Shown piece by piece: positions 28,444-36,533 of a stretch of 64,000 bases of DNA (the stretch's first letter is position 1; the number at the start of each line of letters is the position of its first letter). The notes beneath the pieces were generated by a model that worked only from the letters and a program-made list of their open reading frames with translations, ran no database searches and was not told the origin of the DNA. The position numbers and the translations under genes are program-made. This stretch comes from Terriglobales bacterium (GTDB taxonomy: Bacteria > Acidobacteriota > Terriglobia > Terriglobales > Acidobacteriaceae). The stretch spans positions 5,387 through 69,386 of the forward strand of contig JBEKGW010000028.1 in the NCBI GenBank assembly GCA_050012595.1. Reading direction: 5' to 3'.

Positions 28444-28817
28444 ACGGATCGGAAGAGAAAAACCGGATACCGGTTGAAATGAATCGCGGTGATCCCGCTG
28501 AAAGCCAACTTGGATTGCTTCGGGGCAAGGGTATGTATCGGGAGCACTTGCGACGGGTGCTGGGCCATCTCAAACGGGCCCTGCGGAAGGAACAGCGGTT
28601 AAGCATTGAAGAATTTAATCAACTACTCCAGCTTTCAGAAGCAATCATTGATTACGGGCGAATGATCCAGGAGCACTTCCGGTACTGGTTATTGAGGAAT
28701 CTTACCTCGAAGTTTCTGGATGGCGCCAAGAAAGAACTTGCGTGTGACCCGGGGACAGAGTATGAGTATTCTTTCCGGGAAAGCACCAATCCGGGAGAAC
28801 GGTGCCGCAGAACCTGA
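28440..28817 (+). CDS. Hypothetical helical cytoplasmic protein, translationally coupled to the secreted protein gene
   Basis: 125 aa with an ATGA overlap to the upstream stop. No motif recognised. Confidence 0.6.
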   Translation: MNGSEEKNRIPVEMNRGDPAESQLGLLRGKGMYREHLRRVLGHLKRALRKEQRLSIEEFNQLLQLSEAIIDYGRMIQEHFRYWLLRNLTSKFLDGAKKELACDPGTEYEYSFRESTNPGERCRRT

Positions 28818-28995
28818 GGGGGGCTCCCCGACCGGGGAGGATTAGATTGGTTCCTAAGTAAAGGAACCGACGCCTGCGGCTTACCGGAATGTTGAAATAG
28901 AGTCCCGCAGCTTGGCAAGCTGCGATGACCCCCAGTTCCTGCTCAAAACTAGCTGCCGACATAATTGCACCCGACAGGTGCAGGAGGTGTGGTCT

Positions 28996-31047
28996 ATGTC
29001 AGAAAGGCAGAGCGCACTCGAGGGAGATGCCTCGCCTGAACGCAAACGGTATCGGCTGCTACTCGAGATCACCGACCTGGCAGCGCGAGCCAAGAGCCTG
29101 CCCGATGCATTCAAAGAACTCGCCCCTGCGGTGCTGGCCCTGACGGGAGGCGAATTGCTGGATCTTTCCCTCCACGATCCGCGCCGGGATTGCATGCTGA
29201 CTCATTACTGGAAAAAGAACCAGGAAAATGGAGAGTTCGAAGTTTTGCCCGTGGATGGAGCGGCGAGCGGGTGGGTGTGGAAACATCAGGAGCCGATCGC
29301 CATTCCCGATACTGAGCACGAGCAGCGCTTTTCGGGCTTCGTGCCCGCGTTGCTCAATCACGGTGTTCGATCGTACACCGTCCTTCCCATCAGCACGCCT
29401 TCACGCCGCTTTGGAGCACTGGGCCTGGGCAAGAACGTTCCCGAGGTCCTGGACAGCGAGGATGTCGAATTCTTGTCGCTCGTGGCGCTGATGGGAGCGC
29501 TTGCGCTGGAGAAGGAAAGAGCCCAGCGCGCCATTGAGGAACAGCAGAGCCTGGTTGCCATCAGCCGTGAACTGAGTTCCAGCCTGGAGTTGGAGAAGCT
29601 GTTACCGGTGATTCTTTCCAGCGTTCGAAGCATCGCGCGCTACGACCGCGCCGTCCTGTCCCTGCTGGACGAAGACGGCAAGAATGTGCACCTGTATGGA
29701 GATGCTCTGGAATGGGAGTCCTTCCTTAACCACGGAAATACGGTTCCGCTCGAGCAATCACTCTCGGCGCAGGCGATCCAGACGCGAAACGTTGCGTTCC
29801 TGACCGCAAGCGATTTGCACGACATGAACGAACCCCTGGCGAGAGCTATGTATGAAGGCGGGGTTCGGTCGGTTTGCAGCGTCCCCATGGTCGCGGGCAA
29901 TCAGATCTGGGGGGCACTCAATCCGAGTAGCATGATCGAGCACGCTTTCGGCCCGTCGGAGGTTGAATACCTGCAGCAAGTAGCCAACCAGATCGCGGCG
30001 GCGCTCCATAATGCGCACGCCTATCGCGAGATCGCACAACTCAAGGAACGCCTTACCCAGGAAAAGCGATATTTGGAGTACGAAATCCGGAGCGCGAACC
30101 GGTCCGACGATATCGTGGGCAATAGCCCAGCCTTGAAACGTGTGCTGGATAGTGCTGCCATCGTCGCCGGCACCGATTCCACCGTCCTTATCACGGGCGA
30201 AACCGGGACGGGCAAAGAACGCATCGCCCGCTTGATTCACAGCATGAGCGGGCGCAAGGACCGCAACTTTATCAAGCTGAACTGCGCCGCCATTCCCACG
30301 GGACTGCTGGAAAGCGAGCTGTTCGGCCACGAAAAGGGAGCGTTCACCGGGGCGGTAAGCCAGAAGGTCGGCCGCCTGGAATTGGCGGATAAGGGCACCT
30401 TGTTGCTCGACGAGGTTGGAGAAATTTCTCTGGAGTTGCAGCCCAAGTTGCTGCGCGTTCTACAGGACCAGGAGTTCGAGCGCCTGGGAGGAACGAAGAC
30501 GATCCGGGTGGATGTACGGCTGATCGCCGCCACCAATCGCGATCTGGTTCGTGCGGTCGAAGAAAAGGAATTCCGCGGTGACTTGTTCTACCGCTTGCAC
30601 GTCTTCCCCCTGCATTTGCCGGCGTTGCGCGACCGGCGCGAGGACATACCCATGCTCGTCCGCCATTTCGTCGAAAAATGCGCGGCCCGCCTCCGCAAGC
30701 GGATCGACTTCATCCCCGATGAGGCCGTCGAAGCCCTGATGCACTGGAGATGGCCGGGAAACATCCGCGAGCTGGAGAACTTCATCGAGCGCTCGATGAT
30801 CCTGTCGGAAGGCAACCGGTTGAGCCCGCCGCTCGGCGAATTGCGCGAGGAAATCTCACGGCAGCCGTCCGATTCCGACGGTACGCTGCGCGACAAAGAA
30901 CGGGAGCACATCATCGAAATTCTGCGTCAGACCCGGGGCACGCTGTCGGGTCTGGCAGGCGCGGCGGCCCGGCTTGGACTCAAGCGCACCACGCTACAGT
31001 ACAAGATGCAGCGGCTGGGAATCGCGCGCACAGATTACTTGAGCTAG
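28996..31047 (+). CDS. Sigma-54-dependent transcriptional activator, GAF-GAF-AAA+-Fis HTH (FhlA-like architecture)
   Basis: Walker A GETGTGKE, GAFTGA loop, ELFGHEKGAFTGA, RFLAATN-like LIAATNRDL, and a C-terminal HTH LSGLAGAAARLGLKRTTLQYKMQRLGI. The start was moved to ATG 28996, which has AGGAGG 8 nt upstream. Confidence 0.95.
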   Translation: MSERQSALEGDASPERKRYRLLLEITDLAARAKSLPDAFKELAPAVLALTGGELLDLSLHDPRRDCMLTHYWKKNQENGEFEVLPVDGAASGWVWKHQEPIAIPDTEHEQRFSGFVPALLNHGVRSYTVLPISTPSRRFGALGLGKNVPEVLDSEDVEFLSLVALMGALALEKERAQRAIEEQQSLVAISRELSSSLELEKLLPVILSSVRSIARYDRAVLSLLDEDGKNVHLYGDALEWESFLNHGNTVPLEQSLSAQAIQTRNVAFLTASDLHDMNEPLARAMYEGGVRSVCSVPMVAGNQIWGALNPSSMIEHAFGPSEVEYLQQVANQIAAALHNAHAYREIAQLKERLTQEKRYLEYEIRSANRSDDIVGNSPALKRVLDSAAIVAGTDSTVLITGETGTGKERIARLIHSMSGRKDRNFIKLNCAAIPTGLLESELFGHEKGAFTGAVSQKVGRLELADKGTLLLDEVGEISLELQPKLLRVLQDQEFERLGGTKTIRVDVRLIAATNRDLVRAVEEKEFRGDLFYRLHVFPLHLPALRDRREDIPMLVRHFVEKCAARLRKRIDFIPDEAVEALMHWRWPGNIRELENFIERSMILSEGNRLSPPLGELREEISRQPSDSDGTLRDKEREHIIEILRQTRGTLSGLAGAAARLGLKRTTLQYKMQRLGIARTDYLS

Positions 31048-31187
31048 AGCCCTTGCCCGCTCTTCGCCGGACCCGGCAGTCCCTTCACCGAACATCGCAA
31101 CGCTAGAATCCATTTGCGATTGGTTCCAAAGGGGTGTGTAGCGATCGATTCAGTTTCAACCCAGGCAACCGTGCCATCAACCCGACT

Positions 31188-31427
31188 CTACGAGAATTTA
31201 TCTGTTTGCGCTAGCTTGGCTTCCGCAGCGTCAAGAAACGCCTTTGCACAAATGACGCAGCAAGAGCCTCGGAGGATCTCCGGCGGATCACTTTCCGACA
31301 CGGCACTGCTGATTTCGTAGTGGAAGGCCACTCTCCCTACCCTGCAGACTGGGCACAATTGCCTCTCCGACGATGGAATCAGATTGCAGGGTTCGAAATG
31401 AAGCTGATCCCTCACATCTCCTCCCAA
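31188..31427 (-). CDS. YgiT/MqsA-type zinc-ribbon small protein (orphan, TTG start)
   Basis: CPVCRVGRV...29 aa...CCVICAKAFLDAAEAKL fits the CxxC...CxxC(G)E.fld.eea pattern of YgiT-type zinc fingers. No partner toxin gene is visible. Confidence 0.45.
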   Translation of the reverse strand: MGGDVRDQLHFEPCNLIPSSERQLCPVCRVGRVAFHYEISSAVSESDPPEILRGSCCVICAKAFLDAAEAKLAQTDKFS

Positions 31428-31678
31428 ACCTTCGCGACGGCGGTGTTGGCAGTCGCCATCGCGTCACGATCCGATGTTCCCGTAGAGGAAGACCAACCAT
31501 CAGTGACCTCGATCACGAAGCAATGCCCACCACTTGCGCCAGCGCTTGCCTCTGCTTCCGGCACACTGAAAGCTTGAACAATCGCCAGACCGCACGGTGA
31601 GATTAGGTCAAGCAACGCACGGCCATTCTCAGGATCAGAAGTGGCCAGCAGAATCGACTTTGGCTGGACGTTTCCATT
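31412..31678 (-). pseudogene. Degenerate, truncated receiver (REC)-like domain remnant
   Basis: The open frame ..KSILLATSDPENGRALLDLISPCGLAIVQAFSVPEAEAS...HCFVIEVTDGW.. parallels REC beta1-beta3. The acidic pair is replaced by TS and the phospho-Asp by Glu. There is no in-frame ATG: an ATG (METSSQ..) sits one frame off at 31676, and the domain is cut after about 85 codons. Confidence 0.4.
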
Positions 31679-31763
31679 TTAGACTCTACTCCGCAAAATC
31701 GGGCCGCAAAATCGCTTCACCGATTGTTTCTCCCGGAAGCGCAAGATGTCGAGATGCCAACGG

Positions 31764-31964
31764 TCACATTCTGGTGGTTTCTTTCGGTTTTGCGATGTCC
31801 ACGTAGACTTCGGATGCCTGGTTGCCGAACTCGCGTACTCCGAGCGTTGCCAGCGAGTGCCTCATCATAGGCATCGGCGTTTTGTAGATGTCGACGGTAT
31901 AGGATTGATTCTCCTTCCAGTCGGTGCCCCTCTCTTTCAGCTACAAAAAGCCATCCCTTTTCAT
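31764..31964 (-). pseudogene. Small ORF interrupted by an in-frame TAG at codon 8
   Basis: MKRDGFL*LKERGTDWKENQSYTVDIYKTPMPMMRHSLATLGVREFGNQASEVYVDIAKPKETTRM. Composition is protein-like but there is no clean start after the TAG. Confidence 0.25.
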
Positions 31965-31975
31965 CTCGCAACTGT

Positions 31976-32250
31976 TCAATACTCTTCTGGCAACAGCAGC
32001 GTGGTTGCAGACCGGTCCGCTTCGGTGATTATCCACAGCGTCTCCCCGGCGTCTGTCTGGTAGCTGCTCAGCAATCGAAACCCATGAGCCACGCTGTACT
32101 CATTCTCTGCGACATCGGTTGGCTCCAGTTCGCCCCAGTCCCCGATTGCGTGACGGGCCAGGAAACAGGTAGGCGGCTGCTCGCTCTCTCGAGTGCAGCT
32201 AGCGCCCCGGGCGTGGCCACAATTTGTCCAAGTGGGAACAATGGAAACAT
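31976..32250 (-). pseudogene. Frameshifted small plasmid/ICE-associated protein (..GQIVATPGAL.. / ..GDWGEL..WIITEADRSATTLLLPEEY family)
   Basis: The N-terminal MFPLFPLGQIVATPGALAALERA is in one frame (ATG 32250, GAGGA SD). The C-terminal FLARHAIGDWGELEPTDVAENEYSVAHGFRLLSSYQTDAGETLWIITEADRSATTLLLPEEY is in the -1 frame. The switch lies near 32172-32193 (ctcgagagagcgagcagccgcc). Confidence 0.7.
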
Positions 32251-32361
32251 GACGGTGATTCCTCTTTTCACCCCATGCGGACGAGCGTCGCCCACATGGT
32301 CCATAGGCAAAAGTGGGATTACGTTTTGGGAAAGGGCGGTCGGCCGACACCGCCCTGTCCG

Positions 32362-33096
32362 CTAGAACGCTTGTGAGAACCGCGCTTCCAGGAATTCGCC
32401 CAGCTTGGCTGTAGCCTTGAATTGCGGGATGGGATCCAGCTCCTTGAATGCAGAAGTGAATGCATTGGAAAGACTCCAGATCGTTCGCGGTCGGAATTCC
32501 TCGTACTTCGGCTCGAAGTAAAGGTCATGCACCGCGCGAGCAAGGTGCTTTGGAGCCTCTAGTTTGCCCTCGACGAACGCCTCGTAGATCACCACCTTGG
32601 CAGTGACATCCGTCAATTCACTTCTCTGCCAAGCCTCCACTTGTTTTCGTATCGGCTCAAAGTTCCGCTGCATCCGGTCGACGCCAACCGAGATGCAGTC
32701 GATAAGCGAGAACGACTTTGAGTGCTTCGCGAGCACAGGCGTGAAGTCTCCCGCGAACGCCATGTTCGAGCAGACGAATACGCGATACCCACAGGTCATC
32801 GCCAAACGCATGCTCTTATCGTGGGAGTTTCGAAGTCCGATGGAGAAGCGGCATCCTTCCATCTCGGTTGCGAGATCGAGAACGCCGAAGGCTTTCATGC
32901 CGTCCGGCGAGACTGCGTATTCGTCGTGGACAACTCCGATGTGCCGAAACCCGAGCGTTTCGACCAATGCTTGCACGCTCTCGTGGTGCGGGACCGGGCG
33001 GTGCGTTTCGGTTGCCGCCGGTGTCGGCACCAATGTTAGTTCTTCGCGGCCAATGGTTCGGCCGCCATAGCCGATGAGCGTACTAGTTTCTGACAT
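32362..33096 (-). CDS. DUF932-family protein (typical of conjugative/integrative elements)
   Basis: 244 aa. FSIGLRNSHDKSMRLAMTCGYRVFVCSNMAF matches the DUF932 core. AGGAGG SD. Confidence 0.9.
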   Translation of the reverse strand: MSETSTLIGYGGRTIGREELTLVPTPAATETHRPVPHHESVQALVETLGFRHIGVVHDEYAVSPDGMKAFGVLDLATEMEGCRFSIGLRNSHDKSMRLAMTCGYRVFVCSNMAFAGDFTPVLAKHSKSFSLIDCISVGVDRMQRNFEPIRKQVEAWQRSELTDVTAKVVIYEAFVEGKLEAPKHLARAVHDLYFEPKYEEFRPRTIWSLSNAFTSAFKELDPIPQFKATAKLGEFLEARFSQAF

Positions 33097-33189
33097 ACCT
33101 CTTTCCTCCTAGTTGATTTGGAATGACGTTCTTGAAGTCTTGAAGATGGGAAGATCGGGGCGGCGCGCCGCTGCCACGAAGTCGCTATC

Positions 33190-33227
33190 GGTTGAGGGAC
33201 TTAGGGCGGTATGGGTTGAGGGACTTA
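33190..33227. repeat. Two perfect 14-nt direct repeats upstream of the DUF932 gene
   Basis: ggttgagggactta at 33190-33203 and 33214-33227 (24-nt period). They are bracketed by a 9-bp inverted repeat, cctagttga (33108-33116) and tcaactagg (33242-33250). Confidence 0.7.
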
Positions 33228-33327
33228 CGAGAGAGGGCTGCTCAACTAGGTTGCTGGCAGTAAATTCCTCAGCGGACGATTACGGCGGCGCGGCGGCGTT
33301 CGAGCGACAGCTTCAGAACCTAACCCG

Positions 33328-33630
33328 TTAACCGCCGACGACATCGCTTCCCGGAAACGTGCGCTGTGGCAGTGCCGGAACCGGTTCATGATGGTAGCGC
33401 AGGTTCCAATAGTTCCACGAGCGACGGTCGAAGATTCCAGCCGGCGGATCTTTCAAGACGAGATCGAAATCGGCCTCAGAGTAGTACTTCATCGCGGTAG
33501 CGATGTCTTCTAGAGTCCCGTAGGTCATCAGGTGTGCTAGGAACAATTTGGGTTCTTGGAGCGTTTCTTCGGGCGTCTTGAACCAAACCACGCGTTTCGC
33601 GACTCGCTTGAGGTCTTCGGAATAGTTCAT
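33328..33630 (-). CDS. Hypothetical 100-aa protein translationally coupled downstream of the AbiEii-like gene
   Basis: ATGA overlap with the upstream stop. Normal composition. No recognised motif. Confidence 0.6.
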   Translation of the reverse strand: MNYSEDLKRVAKRVVWFKTPEETLQEPKLFLAHLMTYGTLEDIATAMKYYSEADFDLVLKDPPAGIFDRRSWNYWNLRYHHEPVPALPQRTFPGSDVVGG

Positions 33631-34304
33631 GATCCCTCTTCCTGTCGACTCAGACCAGATCTAGCCGCAACCAGTGGGAGCTCTTTTAAGTTTACCGAAG
33701 TTGCAGCCGCTAGCAGTCGCTTTTGAATTGCGGGCGTCAGGCCGGGAAGATCACCATCCTCGAAGTACGTTAGCGCCTTGAGGCTGAGCGCTCCATTGAA
33801 GTTTTTCCCATAGATCGCCGCTGCGGCCCCCAAACCCTCCGCTAGGCTCAAGCCCGCGTCGAACGAGGCCACAATATCCCGATAGTCCTTCGCCTCGGCC
33901 CTCGACTGAACCGTCCTCAGTTTTGACGCGAGAAGATCAAGCAGAGAGGCGATCTGAATTCCGTTCTCCTCGGCGATGTCGGGATCCTGTGCCCGCTTGA
34001 TTCCCAAAGATCCAAAGAATGAGAGCTTCACCGGCCCATTCCGATCCACAAGGGCGGTGAGTGTGTTGTCTTGGAATTGGGTCATTTCCGCGTGCTTCAG
34101 GTAGGGAATGCTATCGCGCAGTGAATCGGGGTGGAAGGGCTTGTTCGAGAAAAAGTCGAAGTCCTGCGATTGGCGGTGCCCGAGTCGCAATGCCAGAGCT
34201 GTTCCTCCATAAAGCACGAATGCCTTCGGAGTGTCTTTCAATTCAGCCCAAAGCTGCCTTTGAGGCTCTGGAAGAATGCTCAGATTTGGTGTGAACATTT
34301 CCAA
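33627..34304 (-). CDS. AbiEii/AbiGii-family nucleotidyltransferase (type IV TA toxin-like)
   Basis: 225 aa. LPEPQRQLWAELKDTPKAFVLYGGTALALRLGHRQSQDFDFFS matches the DUF1814/AbiEii N-terminal NTase motif. AAGGAG SD. Confidence 0.8.
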   Translation of the reverse strand: MEMFTPNLSILPEPQRQLWAELKDTPKAFVLYGGTALALRLGHRQSQDFDFFSNKPFHPDSLRDSIPYLKHAEMTQFQDNTLTALVDRNGPVKLSFFGSLGIKRAQDPDIAEENGIQIASLLDLLASKLRTVQSRAEAKDYRDIVASFDAGLSLAEGLGAAAAIYGKNFNGALSLKALTYFEDGDLPGLTPAIQKRLLAAATSVNLKELPLVAARSGLSRQEEGS

Positions 34305-34400
34305 CTCCTTGGGGCTGGCCTCGCATCCTTAATCACCTTAAGGCCGCCTTTTGTACGAACGGCCGAATGGCGCCGAGACATCTCCCTTATTTTGCCTGAT

Positions 34401-36533
34401 TTAACTCAAGCTGAATAGCGACCGCTGCTCGGGAACCGCGGACCTAGCTCGCCGCCTCTTCCCTGACAACGATTGCGGTCGCTGTCCGAGGACGACGATC
34501 GACGCGGTGTCCATAGCTTCTTCAACAAGACTTGCGGGGTCAGGCTGAGTGTCCAGCAGAATACCCGGCATCTCCATGGGTGAGGCATCATCATCGCTGT
34601 GAGAATTCGTTGGAAACAGCTTTTGATGTTCTGTGCTGAGGGCTCTCCAAACGGAGTCGGCAGTATCGCCAATGCCATTCCTTTCGACCAGTTCCCGTGC
34701 CATGGCCGACAGCATGTCATCGTCTTCATCGATGCTCTGCAATCCCTCGCCGGCGAACTTGCCTTCCATGGTGAGAGCCACGAGGAGCTTCTTCCCCATA
34801 AGACGCAAACACGAAGTCTGCATCGTCCCCTCAGAGCAAAGAAATTTCACGCGCACCGGTCGTCGTTGCCCGATCCTCCAGGACCTGCGGCTCGCCTGCC
34901 GCAACGTGTGCAGTGAATATCCAGACTCGTAGAAAATGATCGTCGGAAAGTCCAGCAAGTCGAGACCTGTCTCCACCAGCTTGGGATGGCAGATCACTGC
35001 CTGGACTCCGTCTTTGACTTGTCTGGCGTACCAGGCTTCACGCTTGGAAGTGTCCACACTCGCGCGCAGAACTGCCGTGCGGAGCCCTTCGTTGCTCAGA
35101 ATTCGTTGCAGTCGGGCGGTAACGTCGTGTTTCTGCGTGTACACAGCAAAGACCTGGCACCGGCGTCCCTCCGCCAGCTCCTTCTTGATCTCCGCAATCA
35201 ATCTGCGTTCTTTGGAATAGATACGATCCTCGGGAAGGTCGCGGGGCTCTGCAATCACGAATCGGACCTTGCGCTTGAGTTCAGGATCGAACTCGGTACT
35301 ATACAGCGTCCCAATCCCGTATGGATGATCGGGATACAGCAATAGGGTGTTGAGCATCGTGCTTAGCACCGACCGGTTACCCCTGTGAGCTTTCAATGCC
35401 TTCCGCATGTCCTCTTCGAGCTCGCGGTACGCTTCCTGCACGGGAGCGTCCATCGGCACGCTTAGATAGGTCTCCTCGTATGGCGGCAGTTTCCCCGAGA
35501 TGTCCTCGAGAAACACAAAAGCGCACAGCTGCATGAGAAATTCGCCGAAGAGCAGCGGTGAGGCTCCGGGCTTGCGCCGGACCGTGCTGGTGGATTTCGC
35601 CTTGGAGCAGGCATTGTTTGCAGGTTCGACCTTGGTGATGGTCTCCAGGACGCCGTAATCCTGAATGAAGGAACTGCGTCCTGTCGTGCCCCATTCGTAG
35701 CCATGCTCCCTCATCCTTCTCGCTTCGAGACGAAAGAGAGTGTTGAACAGATCGTCGGCGTATCCGCCGAGGAGCGTCCCGGTCAACCCGACGATCCGGT
35801 CGATGCATGAGGCCAGCGTGCCCAGCGCATTTCCTTGCGCGGTATCGCCAGCCAGTTGGTGAATCTCGTCGCAAATCGCATAGTCAAACCATTCCGGCAT
35901 GTAGCGCCCAATAAACTCAATCGGGGCCATGCGGCGGATCTTGTCCGCGTCCGCCTGCCAGAGCGGGCTGTGCAGCGGGCGACAGGACTTGTCGCCTCTC
36001 GTCTCAATGGTCTCGGCGATTTTGACCTTCTCAAACTCACCCGCCGTCAATCGGCTGTCGTCGATGATCACCGGCTTGCCCGTGTCTGCGTTTACGACGC
36101 AGCCAAGGTATGGGCCAGAATGGGGTACCCGGTAAGCATGGCGCCAGAAGTAGCCCAGCTTTGCACGCTCACGCCCGACAATGAACAGAGCGGGTCTACC
36201 GCTCAGCGACAACCAACGCTTCCGGGAACTCGCCGAATCCTTTCGCAACCGCAGCTCACTTAACGTTGTATGCAAACCTTCACGCACGATGCGGCCCTGC
36301 CTCAGCCGTACTTCGTTAACTCCGTGGGATTTGTTTTCGTCGCCACCATTCCGCAAATCGTCGATCAGGAAGACGCGTATTCCTGGGAGAGTGAAAAATG
36401 CCTCGCGAGCCCACTTTTCGACCAAGTGCGGCGGAACCATCGTTAGAGCGGTGAACGGACTTCCATCGCTGCGAACATGGATCGCCCCCAACGAGATAAG
36501 TGTCTTGCCGGTGCCGCATTCCGCGATCACCAT
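34401..36533 (-). CDS. Superfamily-2 (DEAD/SNF2-like) helicase, probably 5'-truncated
   Basis: 710 aa with Walker A AECGTGKT at residues 4-11, DEIH (CDEIHQL) motif II and a helicase-C region (..VICHPKLVETGLDLLDFPTIIFYESGYSLHTLRQASRRSWRIGQ..). There is no SD, and the start codon is shared back-to-back with the integrase start. Confidence 0.8.
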   Translation of the reverse strand: MVIAECGTGKTLISLGAIHVRSDGSPFTALTMVPPHLVEKWAREAFFTLPGIRVFLIDDLRNGGDENKSHGVNEVRLRQGRIVREGLHTTLSELRLRKDSASSRKRWLSLSGRPALFIVGRERAKLGYFWRHAYRVPHSGPYLGCVVNADTGKPVIIDDSRLTAGEFEKVKIAETIETRGDKSCRPLHSPLWQADADKIRRMAPIEFIGRYMPEWFDYAICDEIHQLAGDTAQGNALGTLASCIDRIVGLTGTLLGGYADDLFNTLFRLEARRMREHGYEWGTTGRSSFIQDYGVLETITKVEPANNACSKAKSTSTVRRKPGASPLLFGEFLMQLCAFVFLEDISGKLPPYEETYLSVPMDAPVQEAYRELEEDMRKALKAHRGNRSVLSTMLNTLLLYPDHPYGIGTLYSTEFDPELKRKVRFVIAEPRDLPEDRIYSKERRLIAEIKKELAEGRRCQVFAVYTQKHDVTARLQRILSNEGLRTAVLRASVDTSKREAWYARQVKDGVQAVICHPKLVETGLDLLDFPTIIFYESGYSLHTLRQASRRSWRIGQRRPVRVKFLCSEGTMQTSCLRLMGKKLLVALTMEGKFAGEGLQSIDEDDDMLSAMARELVERNGIGDTADSVWRALSTEHQKLFPTNSHSDDDASPMEMPGILLDTQPDPASLVEEAMDTASIVVLGQRPQSLSGKRRRARSAVPEQRSLFSLS

